Shown one piece after another: positions 20,241 to 29,303 of a DNA stretch of 32,000 nucleotides. Under the pieces are notes generated by a model. That model did no database searches. It had not been told where the DNA came from and worked only from the letters and a program-made list of their open reading frames with translations. The stretch's first letter is position 1, and each line of letters starts with the position of its first letter. The position numbers and the translations under genes were made by a program. Source of the DNA: Moraxella nasovis (lineage in GTDB: Bacteria; Pseudomonadota; Gammaproteobacteria; Pseudomonadales; Moraxellaceae); the NCBI RefSeq assembly GCF_022701215.1, contig NZ_CP089976.1, forward strand, positions 810,001-842,000. Direction: 5' to 3'.

Positions 20241-22082
20241 CTATTCATCGCCAAACTTACGTTTTGCTTTTTTTGCTTGACGCTTAGCAAAAAAAACTTC
20301 TTCCTCTGATCCACGAGTTTTCTTTGAAAATGGGTGATCGTTCTTCTTATATGACGGCTTATCGCTAAAATACGATGGCTTATCGCTAAATCCTGAACGT
20401 CTATTATCACCAAATTTTGGCTTGTCGTTAAAGCGTGGTTTGTCACCGAAGCGTGGTTTGTCATTAAAGCGTGGTTTGTCATTAAAGCGTGGTTTGTCAC
20501 CAAAACGTGGTTTGTCATTAAAGCGTGGTTTATCGTCTCGTCTAGTATCTCGTCTGTCATCAAAGCGACGTTCGCTTGTGTCGGCTCTGTCATTACGATA
20601 GGGTCTATCTGCATATCCCTCATTACGGCGGTTGCGGTTGTCGTCACCACGCCCAAACTGACGCTCATCACGACCTGCCTTAAGCCTACGATCAAACCTG
20701 CCTTGCCCTTGACTACGCCCCTCAAATCGACCGCCACGACCGCCATCACGACGATTACCACGGTCTTTTTTACGGCGATTATCGTCAAGGTTTGGGGCAG
20801 GACGCCTTGGCTCAAGCCCTTCTACAACAGCCGTCTTCATGTCACGCTTTAGATAATGGTTAATCTTAAACAACTGTGAACGATCATCCATACTGCATAG
20901 ATTCATCGCCACACCTGTGCGTCCAGCACGACCACAGCGACCGATACGATGCACATAATCTTCTACTTGGCGTGGCAAATCATAGTTTACAACGTGACTG
21001 ATGTTTGAGATGTCAATACCACGAGCAGCGACATCTGTTGCAATAAGAAAGTCACATTTACCACTTTTTACATCACTGATAATGCGGTTACGTTTGCCTT
21101 GGGGCAAATCACCATGCAGATAACGTGCCTTTAGCCCTGCTTCAACAAGCGTCTCGGCAAGCTGTTCGGTGCTGCGTTTGGTTGCTGTAAAAATCACAGC
21201 TTGGCTAATCTTAGGGTCACTTAGTAGCTCAATTAAAATCTTATTTTTATGGTGAAAGTCATCACAAAAATACACACTTTCATCAATGTGAGCTGATTCT
21301 ACTTTAATGGCGACACGTTCAGGATTTACTGTGAAACTTTCTGCAATTTTACCAACTGCTCCATCCCAAGTTGCTGATGACATGATGGTCTGACGAGATT
21401 CTGGAGCAGCTTGTAAAATGGCACTGATGTCATCGGCAAAGCCCATATCCAGCATACGATCAGCTTCATCCAAAATCAACGTATCAAGCTCAGACAGATC
21501 CACTCGCTCACTGTTTATGTGATCGATTAAGCGTCCCGGTGTTGCGATGACGATTTGGACGCCTTTGCGTAAGGCACGAATCTGACCGCTATACGGTGCA
21601 CCACCGACAAGCGGCACACTAAAGATGCCTTTAAGCTCACCGCTGTACTTACGCACATTGTCTTGAACTTGCATGGCAAGCTCGCGGGTTGGCGTTAAAA
21701 TTAGGGCTTTGATTGGGGTTTTTTGGTAACGGTCGTGTGATTTTTGACTAAAATCATCTTTATTAACTTCATCTGTCTTTGGCTTGGCAGACTGAGTGGC
21801 TAAGCTGTGCAGAATCGGCAGAACAAATGCTGCTGTCTTGCCAGAGCCTGTTTGTGCTGACAATAATAAATCACGACCATCTAAGGCGTGCGGGATTGCT
21901 CCTGCTTGGATTGGGGTAGGCTTGGTGTAGCCTGATTTGGTTAATGCTTTTAAAATCAGCTTATGTAAGTTTAAATCAGCAAAAGTTGTTTCATCGGTCG
22001 CCACATCTTCTATTGCCTGCTGGGCAAGGGTTGGGCTTAAAATTGCTTTAAGGTTTAACGGATTTTGAGTTTCGTTCGTCAT
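20241..22082 (-). CDS. rhlE: DEAD-box ATP-dependent RNA helicase (RhlE-like) with a long Arg/Asp-rich repetitive C-terminal tail
   Basis: Q-motif (TFADL...PTPIQ), motif I AQTGSGKT, DEAD, SAT and HRIGRCGRAG. The N-terminal core is collinear with E. coli RhlE. The last roughly 180 aa are a basic low-complexity tail. Confidence 0.9.
   Translation of the reverse strand: MTNETQNPLNLKAILSPTLAQQAIEDVATDETTFADLNLHKLILKALTKSGYTKPTPIQAGAIPHALDGRDLLLSAQTGSGKTAAFVLPILHSLATQSAKPKTDEVNKDDFSQKSHDRYQKTPIKALILTPTRELAMQVQDNVRKYSGELKGIFSVPLVGGAPYSGQIRALRKGVQIVIATPGRLIDHINSERVDLSELDTLILDEADRMLDMGFADDISAILQAAPESRQTIMSSATWDGAVGKIAESFTVNPERVAIKVESAHIDESVYFCDDFHHKNKILIELLSDPKISQAVIFTATKRSTEQLAETLVEAGLKARYLHGDLPQGKRNRIISDVKSGKCDFLIATDVAARGIDISNISHVVNYDLPRQVEDYVHRIGRCGRAGRTGVAMNLCSMDDRSQLFKINHYLKRDMKTAVVEGLEPRRPAPNLDDNRRKKDRGNRRDGGRGGRFEGRSQGQGRFDRRLKAGRDERQFGRGDDNRNRRNEGYADRPYRNDRADTSERRFDDRRDTRRDDKPRFNDKPRFGDKPRFNDKPRFNDKPRFGDKPRFNDKPKFGDNRRSGFSDKPSYFSDKPSYKKNDHPFSKKTRGSEEEVFFAKRQAKKAKRKFGDE
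20409..20534 (-). repeat. Seven tandem 18-bp in-frame repeats encoding (DKPRF[N/G])x7 within the helicase tail
   Basis: Units are GTCATTAAAGCGTGGTTT and near-identical variants. Peptide: DKPRFNDKPRFGDKPRFNDKPRFNDKPRFGDKPRFNDKPKFG. Confidence 0.9.
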
Positions 22083-22572
22083 AATTACACTTTAAAAATA
22101 GGTACGCAAAAACCACTGATGAACAAGAATACACAAACCACCTTTAGATACAAGGTAATCGTGAATTTAGGCATTATATGGTTGGATTATCGCTCAGCTT
22201 ACAGCTAAATCATCGCAAAATTAGGCAGGTTTACGCTTGGTATTCTTGGGGTGTCGTCAAACGAATAAAGAACGTCAGGCATTTAAGTTGCGTTTTTCTG
22301 GCAAAGTAGTTGCCCAAACGCACAAAATAAAACTCAAATCAATAAAAGGCGATGTCATCAAGCGAGTGAGTTTAACTCACAATCTAAAGATTATAACACA
22401 GATTATTAAAAAACGGGAAAAAATATTATGAATTTTTAGCAAAAGATAATGCCTGCGATTGTATCGGCTTTTTGGGTAAAATTTAGCCGTTTTTACTTTT
22501 AAATTCACCGCTAAAATGCCATAATAACTAAAATAGCGTAAAAAGCTTTTATTTTTGCAATAAGGACAGCTT

Positions 22573-24942
22573 GTGGTACAGATTCGTGACAGCTTGCCAT
22601 TACTTGGCGGCAACAGCAGCAGCACTGACAGTGCAACTTTGACAGCCAGTCTGGTTGCACGATTGCATCCTGATTTTAAAGCTCAGCTTTCCCATCCTAA
22701 GCTTGCCACCACACTTGATCACTCAAGCACCACACAGGTGCCATCTAGCCTAAGTGAAGCAGACATTGATGTGGACGCTTGGCTTAAGTCAGTCTCTGAA
22801 CGCTTTGGCAAAGATAGCTTACCCATGCTTAAAAAGGCGTGCGATTTTGTTAAAATTCAATCTGGCAAGCCACACGCCTGCCGCTCTGGGGCTTATGCCA
22901 CAGGCATTGGCATGGCAGATATTCTAGCGTATCTATTCCAAGACGAAAACGCACTTATCGCTGCCATGCTATATCGGACAGCACGCCGAGAGTTGGTGAG
23001 TATTGACACTATTCGCCAAAATTTTGGTAGTGATGTCGCTCATTTGGTTCAAGACACGCTTGCCATCGGAAAGCTGTCAGAGAGTATCGAGAGCAATAAA
23101 CGACTAGAAGACTACTTTGATGGCAACCAAAGAGAACAGCTTTCTAATATTTATAGCATGCTTGTCAGCACCACCAATGATGTGCGAGCCGTATTGATTA
23201 AGCTTGCTGAACGCACCTTTGCCATGCGTGAGTTATCTTTTGCACCACAAGATCGTCAGCAACGTGTGGCACGAGAAGTCATGACCATCTACGCCCCACT
23301 TGCTCACAGACTTTCCATCGCTCAGCTAAAGTGGGAGCTTGAAGATTTAGCATTTCGCTATATTGCTCCTGATGAATATAAAAAAATTGCTTCATTGCTT
23401 GCCGAAAAACGCAGTGAACGTGAGTTGTACATTGACACCGTCAAGCAAAGCCTAGCAGATGCCCTAGAAGGTGCAGGCATTAGCTTTGAGCTGTCTGGGC
23501 GTGTCAAACACATCTATTCTATCTGGCGAAAGATGAAGAAAAAGAACTTATCGTTTGATCAGTTGTATGATATTCGTGCCTTGCGTGTGCTTGTTAATAC
23601 CAATGCAGAATGCTACTACACGCTTGGGGTGGTTCACGGCTTATGGCGTCATGTGCCAGAACAATTTGACGACTACATCACAAACCCTAAGCCTAACGGA
23701 TATAAGTCACTACACACCGTTGTCATCGCCGAGCACCGCACCTTAGAAGTACAGATTCGTACCTTTGACATGCATTTTGAAGCAGAGCTTGGTAAAGCGG
23801 CACATGTAAACTACAAAGAAGGGCTTAAAGGCAAGCAAGACAACTATTTAGTTCAAAAGATTAGCTCATTGCGTCAGCTCTTAGAAGGCGATAAAGTTGC
23901 TAGCACCGAATCAGATATTGACGATTTAGACCTAGATAACGCTGAACGAATTTATGTTTTTAGTCGTGATGGCGATATCACCGAGATGCCAAAAGGTGCG
24001 ACCGTCTTAGATTTTGCTTATTATGTGCATACAGAAGTCGGTAATCGAGCCCAAGGAGCTCGAGTCAATGGGCGGTATGTCCCGCTCACTCACCAGCCAA
24101 AGACAGGCGATCAAGTCGAGATTATCACCAAATCTAGCCGAGAGCCAAACCGAGATTGGCTGGTATCATCGCTAGGCTATATTCACACCAACCGAGCCAA
24201 GGCAAAGCTACGGCAGTGGTTTAATAAACAAGACCGTGATAAGAACATTGAGACAGGTAAGAATCTATTTTTGCGTGAGCTTGATCGCTTATCCATCAGC
24301 CTAAACCAAGTTAAGCTGTCTGACTACTTTGAAGAATTTAATGTCAAAAGTGATGAAGACCTATACCTTGGCATCTTTATGGGTGAGATTGGATCAGCAC
24401 AGCTTGTCGGCAAGATTGCCACCAAGCTTAGCCTTGCCATACCTCAGGTAAATGAATCCACCATTGAGATTAAGACACCAGTACGTACCAATAAATACAA
24501 AATCGATCTAGAAGGCTTTGATAATGTAGAGCTACACCTTGCCAAATGCTGCAACCCCATTCATGGTGAGCCGATTGCAGGATTTATTACCCTATCTAAT
24601 GGTATAAGCGTTCACAGTCAAGCGTGTGCTGAATATCTGCGCTTGGTCGAAAAAGAGCCTGACCGCTGTATCGTTGCTCGCTGGCAAGAAAGCTTTGGAC
24701 GCTATCAACCTGTCGCCATTATCGTAGAAGCTTACAGCCGTGATGGTCTGTTGCGTGACTTAGTGCATGTCATTGATAAAGAAAAAGTGAATATTCATCG
24801 GGCTGAGACTGTTTTTTGTGATGATGCCATCAGTCAGATGAAGTTTTTTGTGGAAGTGGCAGGATTAACACATTTATCTCGTCTGCTAAATAAAATCGAA
24901 CAGCAGCCAAGCGTCATTTTTGCAAAACGGAGTAATGGCTAA
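22573..24942 (+). CDS. relA: GTP pyrophosphokinase RelA ((p)ppGpp synthetase I)
   Basis: GTG start (MVQIRDSL, compare E. coli MVAVRSAH). Degenerate HD region lacking the HD dyad (AAMLYRTARRE), RelA/SpoT synthetase domain (YKSLHTVV, EVQIRT), then TGS and ACT-like C-terminal domains. Confidence 0.85.
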   Translation: MVQIRDSLPLLGGNSSSTDSATLTASLVARLHPDFKAQLSHPKLATTLDHSSTTQVPSSLSEADIDVDAWLKSVSERFGKDSLPMLKKACDFVKIQSGKPHACRSGAYATGIGMADILAYLFQDENALIAAMLYRTARRELVSIDTIRQNFGSDVAHLVQDTLAIGKLSESIESNKRLEDYFDGNQREQLSNIYSMLVSTTNDVRAVLIKLAERTFAMRELSFAPQDRQQRVAREVMTIYAPLAHRLSIAQLKWELEDLAFRYIAPDEYKKIASLLAEKRSERELYIDTVKQSLADALEGAGISFELSGRVKHIYSIWRKMKKKNLSFDQLYDIRALRVLVNTNAECYYTLGVVHGLWRHVPEQFDDYITNPKPNGYKSLHTVVIAEHRTLEVQIRTFDMHFEAELGKAAHVNYKEGLKGKQDNYLVQKISSLRQLLEGDKVASTESDIDDLDLDNAERIYVFSRDGDITEMPKGATVLDFAYYVHTEVGNRAQGARVNGRYVPLTHQPKTGDQVEIITKSSREPNRDWLVSSLGYIHTNRAKAKLRQWFNKQDRDKNIETGKNLFLRELDRLSISLNQVKLSDYFEEFNVKSDEDLYLGIFMGEIGSAQLVGKIATKLSLAIPQVNESTIEIKTPVRTNKYKIDLEGFDNVELHLAKCCNPIHGEPIAGFITLSNGISVHSQACAEYLRLVEKEPDRCIVARWQESFGRYQPVAIIVEAYSRDGLLRDLVHVIDKEKVNIHRAETVFCDDAISQMKFFVEVAGLTHLSRLLNKIEQQPSVIFAKRSNG

Positions 24943-25838
24943 TGCCAGAGTTACCTGAAGTTGAAACCACAAAAACAAGCCTTGCTGTGCTACTAAATCA
25001 ACAAGTTGCCAGTGTCGCCATCAGTCAGCCAAAGCTTCGCTATGCAATACCCAGCGACTTATCAACTTTGGTCGGCTTTAGGCTAACAGATGTGTCTCGG
25101 CGTGCCAAATATCTGCTATTGACTTTTTTTAACGCCCAAGACAATCGAAAAAAGGTACTGCTTATCCACTTAGGCATGTCAGGTAGTCTTCAAAATAGAC
25201 CCGCCAAAGATGGCGCACCAATGCCCATCAAGCACGACCATGTGGTGATTACCTTTGCCGATGATGATGGCAATATCACCCCATTGCACTATCATGACCC
25301 CAGACGATTTGGAATGATTTTATGGGCGTTTAATGATGATTTTATTGATAATACCGATTTGGCTTATGATAGATTTTTGGCACATTTAGGCCCAGAACCG
25401 CTCAGCTGTAACTTTAATGCCGATTACTTATATCAGTACATCACTCATTCTCGCCAAAGACCGATTGCCAAACCCATTAAGGCTGTCATCATGGATCAAA
25501 GCTGCGTGGTTGGCGTGGGTAACATCTATGCCACAGAAAGCCTATTTCTCTCACGCATTCATCCACAGACGCCTGCACATTTACTTAGCTTTGATGAAAT
25601 TGCTACACTTGTTGAGCATATCAAAGCCATTCTACAAAAAGCCATTATCCAAGGCGGTACAACTTTAAAAGACTTTAGCACAGGTAATGGAAAAACAGGC
25701 TATTTTCAGCAAGTACTCCTTGCGTATGGACGTCAAAACCTGCCTTGCACCGTCTGTGGTACGCCTCTTGAGAGTGTCAAGATAACAGGCAGAGCCAGTG
25801 TGTATTGTCCGCACTGCCAAAAAAAACCTAGCAACTAA
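24942..25838 (+). CDS. mutM: Formamidopyrimidine-DNA glycosylase (Fpg/MutM)
   Basis: The invariant N-terminus MPELPEVET and the C-terminal zinc finger CTVCGTPL...RASVYCPHCQ. The start overlaps the relA stop (TAATG). Confidence 0.9.
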   Translation: MPELPEVETTKTSLAVLLNQQVASVAISQPKLRYAIPSDLSTLVGFRLTDVSRRAKYLLLTFFNAQDNRKKVLLIHLGMSGSLQNRPAKDGAPMPIKHDHVVITFADDDGNITPLHYHDPRRFGMILWAFNDDFIDNTDLAYDRFLAHLGPEPLSCNFNADYLYQYITHSRQRPIAKPIKAVIMDQSCVVGVGNIYATESLFLSRIHPQTPAHLLSFDEIATLVEHIKAILQKAIIQGGTTLKDFSTGNGKTGYFQQVLLAYGRQNLPCTVCGTPLESVKITGRASVYCPHCQKKPSN

Positions 25839-25849
25839 ACTAGGTTTTT
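25822..25849. terminator. Bidirectional terminator between mutM and mscL
   Basis: AAAAACCTAG-caactaaa-CTAGGTTTTT. The stem includes the mutM stop codon. Confidence 0.6.
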
Positions 25850-25862
25850 AAGGCTTTATAAC

Positions 25863-26294
25863 TTACTTACTTAACTTTGCACTAATTTCACGCAGCAATA
25901 ATACTTCTTCTGATGGCTCTGGTGCAGATTCCGGCTCTTGGGTCTGCTGACGACGCAGTCTGTTCATGCCTTTTACCATCAAAAATATGATGAATGCTAA
26001 GATAATAAAGTTAATGACAACTGTCACAAAGCTACCCCACGCCAACATCGGAGCACCTGCTTCTTTTAGGGCGTCATAAGTCATCGCCACGCCTTCTGGA
26101 GCGTCGCCAAGTAAGATGAATTTATTTTTAAAATCAAATTCGCCACCCATGATAAAAGACACGATTGGCATAATGACATCTTCTACCAATGATGTCGTAA
26201 TCTTACCAAAGGCTGCACCAATAATGACACCAACCGCCAAATCCATAACATTGCCTTTTAGGGCAAATTCCTTAAACTCTTGAATTATACTCAT
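25863..26294 (-). CDS. mscL: Large-conductance mechanosensitive channel MscL
   Basis: Start trimmed to the ATG at 26294: MSIIQEFKEFALKGNVMDLAVGVIIGAAFGKI..., the canonical MscL N-terminus. 143 aa. Confidence 0.9.
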   Translation of the reverse strand: MSIIQEFKEFALKGNVMDLAVGVIIGAAFGKITTSLVEDVIMPIVSFIMGGEFDFKNKFILLGDAPEGVAMTYDALKEAGAPMLAWGSFVTVVINFIILAFIIFLMVKGMNRLRRQQTQEPESAPEPSEEVLLLREISAKLSK

Positions 26295-26437
26295 AAGATT
26301 AACTCCCAAAAATAACCAAAGATAAACGCACAAAGTACGTTTATCTTGTAAAAAGTGGCAACATCATACTACAATGGATAAAAATTACTGTATCATCTAT
26401 CAAGTATTATGTTGGTTTTATGTAAACCACTGCTGGC

Positions 26438-28282
26438 TTAAGCGTCTTTTTTACGACTAAAACGCTTACGCTCATTTTCGGTCAAATAACGCTTACGAAT
26501 ACGAATTGATTTTGGCGTAACTTCCACAAGCTCATCATCTTCGATAAACTCAAGTGCCTGTTCTAGCGTGTACTCAACAGCAGGTGTTAGCGTCAAGGCT
26601 TCATCCGTACCAGAAGCGCGCACGTTGGTCAGCTGCTTACCTTTAGTTGGATTCACCACCATGTCATCAGAGCGAGAATTAATACCGATAATCATGCCTT
26701 CATACACTTCAAGCTGTGGTTTAGCAAACAGACGTCCACGGTCTTGCAACGTAAATAAGGCATATGCCAAGCACGTACCATTGACCATAGAAATCAACAC
26801 ACCATTTTGGCGACCAGCCACTGTACCGCTTTTAGCTTCGCCATAATGAGAAAAACTTGACGTCATAATACCTGTGCCTGATGTCATCGTTAAAAACTCT
26901 GAACGAAAGCCAATCAAACCACGTGACGGTACAACCGCTTCAATACGGATGCGTCCTTTTCCATCGACTTCCATATTGGTCAGCTCACCTTTACGGTTGC
27001 CCATTTGTTCCATAACTGCACCTTGGTGCTGTTCTTCAACATCAAAAGTTACGTTCTCGTAAGGCTCGCACATCTTACCATCAATTTCTTTCATGATAAC
27101 TTGTGGGCGAGATACGCCAAGCTCAAAGCCTTCACGACGCATATTTTCAATCAAAACAGATAAATGCAACTCGCCACGACCAGACACTTTAAATTTCTCT
27201 GGACTATCAGTGTCTTCCACACGTAAGGCAACGTTATGAATAAGCTCACGATCAAGACGTTCACGAATATTACGAGAAGTAACAAACTTACCTTCTTTAC
27301 CAGCGAATGGTGAATCATTCACTTGAAAGGTCATAGACACGGTTGGCTCATCTACCGACAGTGCAGGCAGGGCCTCTACTACTTTAGGATCACAGATAGT
27401 GTCTGAAATATTTAGCCCATCAATCCCTGTGATACACACGATATCACCTGCGTGAGCTTCTTCGACATCGACACGCTCAAGTCCGTGATAACCCATGATT
27501 TTTAAGATTCGTCCGTTGCGAGTTTTACCTTCTTTATCAATCACGGTGACAGGCGTGTTTGTCTTAACAGAACCACGCTGAATACGCCCAATACCAATAA
27601 CACCCACAAAGCTGTTATAGTCAAGGCTTGAGATTTGCATTTGGAACGGACCATCTACATCCACCTTCGGCGGCTCAACCACATCAACAATGGTCTCAAA
27701 TAATGGGGTCATGTCAGTTGCAAGATTATCTGGCTCACGTCCTGCAATGCCGTTCATACCTGAAGCATATACGATTGGAAAGTCAAGCTGCTCATCGGTT
27801 GCACCTAGATTATCAAACAGATCAAAAACTTGATCCATTACCCAATCAGGGCGAGCAGATGGCTTATCAATTTTATTTAAAATAACAATCGGCTTAAGTC
27901 CACGAGCAAAAGCTTTTTGGGTAACAAAGCGAGTTTGTGGCATTGGGCCTTCTTGAGAGTCAACAAGCAGTAGTACACAGTCCACCATACTCATCACACG
28001 TTCCACTTCACCACCAAAGTCAGCGTGTCCTGGGGTGTCCACGATATTAATGCGATAGGTAGTGTCAGTGCGTTTGTCGAGCCATTTGATTGATGTGTTT
28101 TTGGCTAAAATGGTGATACCACGCTCGCTTTCTAAAGCATTAGAATCCATCACACGCTCAATCTCGCCTGCACGCTCACCCAATGCACCAGATTGTTGTA
28201 ATAACTTATCAACAAGCGTGGTTTTGCCATGGTCAACGTGAGCTATAATGGCGATATTTCTTAACTGTTTGATATTATTCAT
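26438..28282 (-). CDS. typA: Translational GTPase TypA/BipA
   Basis: [32 protein letters not shown] and NKID G-motifs. EF-G-like domain order without domain IV. 614 aa. Confidence 0.95.
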   Translation of the reverse strand: MNNIKQLRNIAIIAHVDHGKTTLVDKLLQQSGALGERAGEIERVMDSNALESERGITILAKNTSIKWLDKRTDTTYRINIVDTPGHADFGGEVERVMSMVDCVLLLVDSQEGPMPQTRFVTQKAFARGLKPIVILNKIDKPSARPDWVMDQVFDLFDNLGATDEQLDFPIVYASGMNGIAGREPDNLATDMTPLFETIVDVVEPPKVDVDGPFQMQISSLDYNSFVGVIGIGRIQRGSVKTNTPVTVIDKEGKTRNGRILKIMGYHGLERVDVEEAHAGDIVCITGIDGLNISDTICDPKVVEALPALSVDEPTVSMTFQVNDSPFAGKEGKFVTSRNIRERLDRELIHNVALRVEDTDSPEKFKVSGRGELHLSVLIENMRREGFELGVSRPQVIMKEIDGKMCEPYENVTFDVEEQHQGAVMEQMGNRKGELTNMEVDGKGRIRIEAVVPSRGLIGFRSEFLTMTSGTGIMTSSFSHYGEAKSGTVAGRQNGVLISMVNGTCLAYALFTLQDRGRLFAKPQLEVYEGMIIGINSRSDDMVVNPTKGKQLTNVRASGTDEALTLTPAVEYTLEQALEFIEDDELVEVTPKSIRIRKRYLTENERKRFSRKKDA

Positions 28283-28396
28283 GTTTTTACCTAAAAATTT
28301 TGGTTGATTATTTTTTTATGTACACTATTGTGTACACATAAGTTCATAACTTAATAACTTGATGTCGCATTATACAGATAACGCAACAAAAAAGCT

Positions 28397-28507
28397 AAAA
28401 AAATGAAAATAATGCTTGATTATCTAATTATAATTAGATATAATAAGCACATATACAGAGCAAAAGCTCGACAATCAACCCAAAGCTACAGGAGCTTACA
28501 AATGAAA
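28397..28507 (+). repeat. 111-bp direct repeat, copy A (promoter + operator + 5'UTR + RBS + first two codons)
   Basis: Letter-by-letter identical to 29281-29391: AAAAAAATGAAAATAATGCTTGATTATCTAATTATAATTAGATATAATAAGCACATATACAGAGCAAAAGCTCGACAATCAACCCAAAGCTACAGGAGCTTACAAATGAAA. Confidence 0.95.
28416..28444 (+). promoter_or_regulatory. Strong sigma70-type promoter A with an embedded 20-bp palindromic operator
   Basis: TTGATT (28416-28421), 17-nt spacer, perfect TATAAT (28439-28444). The palindrome TATCTAATT-AT-AATTAGATA (28421-28440) spans the whole spacer and touches both hexamers. Confidence 0.7.
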
Positions 28508-28786
28508 GTAGTACATATTGATAAATTCGGATTTGGTGATTTTTTTCATGACAACAAAATGAGCGGAGGTACTGCAAAAAACGGTACTCGATATGCAGAA
28601 GTTGTTGTTAATTCTGAAATTTACCACACTTTAAAAAACGGCTTGACAATCATCGGTACTCATAAAAAAAATGGTAGTACTAGAACGTATGAGTTTAACG
28701 GTGAACACGGCAGGGAATTTTACAACTATCACGCTCAGCTTGTTGTAAGATTTTATGGAAAAATGACAGACAAAAAATTAGCTTAA
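28502..28786 (+). CDS. Small hypothetical protein (94 aa), first gene of cassette A; anti-CRISPR/anti-defence candidate
   Basis: AGGAG (28490-28494) lies 7 nt before the ATG at 28502. The longer ORF-track version starts upstream of the -35 element and is unlikely. No family recognised. Confidence 0.65.
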   Translation: MKVVHIDKFGFGDFFHDNKMSGGTAKNGTRYAEVVVNSEIYHTLKNGLTIIGTHKKNGSTRTYEFNGEHGREFYNYHAQLVVRFYGKMTDKKLA

Positions 28787-28833
28787 TTGCGATTTTTGAA
28801 AAACCCAAAAAAAAAAAATTTTCTAGGTCATGT

Positions 28834-29106
28834 ATGAACAATAACTATGTATTCAATCGTTTATTAACAACGCTCAATTTACACCGTAACCACGACATGA
28901 CCGCCAAAATTTTTAAGCTTGGTGGCACGCACTCTGAAATAACAAAGTCGCTAGTTAAGTCATGGCGTATCAGCGATGAACAAAACAGGCTGTATCGCCC
29001 CATGCTAGACAAGACACTAATATCGTTTTTTGACGGCTTACAACAAGCAAGCAAAGATGAGTTGATAGATATTAATTGCGATATTGTTATAAGAATAAAG
29101 GAGTAA
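28834..29106 (+). CDS. DUF1456 (YehS-like) single-domain protein, 90 aa
   Basis: The pattern N-x-[VI]-[FL]..L...L......DM...IFKLGG......I..W....E......P...L..FFDGL follows the repeat unit of E. coli YehS as I recall it. Confidence 0.55.
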   Translation: MNNNYVFNRLLTTLNLHRNHDMTAKIFKLGGTHSEITKSLVKSWRISDEQNRLYRPMLDKTLISFFDGLQQASKDELIDINCDIVIRIKE

Positions 29107-29111
29107 AAAAA

Positions 29112-29303
29112 ATGGCAAACACTACCAAAGCTCAAGCAAGAGCAGTTAAGCAATATCAACAGACTAGCGAAAGTTGGACTGTACGCACAAAAGACGAACA
29201 AAAGATGCAAATGCTTAAACAAGCAAAAGCAACGGGCAATTTGTCAAAAATATTTTTTGAATTTTTAGAAGAATATTTTAAAAAAAATGAAAATAATGCT
29301 TGA
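29112..29303 (+). CDS. Ribbon-helix-helix (CopG/Arc-like) DNA-binding protein, 63 aa; candidate repressor of the duplicated promoters
   Basis: AAGGAG (29098-29103) lies 8 nt before the ATG at 29112. Beta-strand-like SWTVRTKDEQ is followed by two helices (KMQMLKQAKATG, NLSKIFFEFLEEYF), the classic RHH layout. Confidence 0.6.
   Translation: MANTTKAQARAVKQYQQTSESWTVRTKDEQKMQMLKQAKATGNLSKIFFEFLEEYFKKNENNA

Noticed and set aside
20135-20815. 226-aa minus-strand ORF with HALMTN repeats
   Set aside because: It is an alternative frame of the helicase tail, created by the same 18-bp tandem repeats. It runs across the helicase stop into the neighbouring gene's start region and has no independent signals.
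28403-28501. Shared 33-aa N-terminal extension (MKIMLDYLIIIRYNKHIYRAKARQSTQSYRSLQ) on the ORF-track versions of both cassette genes (also at 29287-29385)
   Set aside because: The extension is simply the duplicated promoter/5'UTR read in frame. Its ATG lies upstream of the -35 hexamer and lacks an RBS, whereas a strong AGGAG sits 7 nt before the internal ATGs at 28502 and 29386.
28845-29222. 125-aa minus-strand ORF across the DUF1456 and RHH genes
   Set aside because: It is antisense to two + strand genes that have good RBSs and recognisable folds. It has a low-complexity Leu/Ser/Cys-rich composition typical of a shadow ORF in AT-rich DNA.
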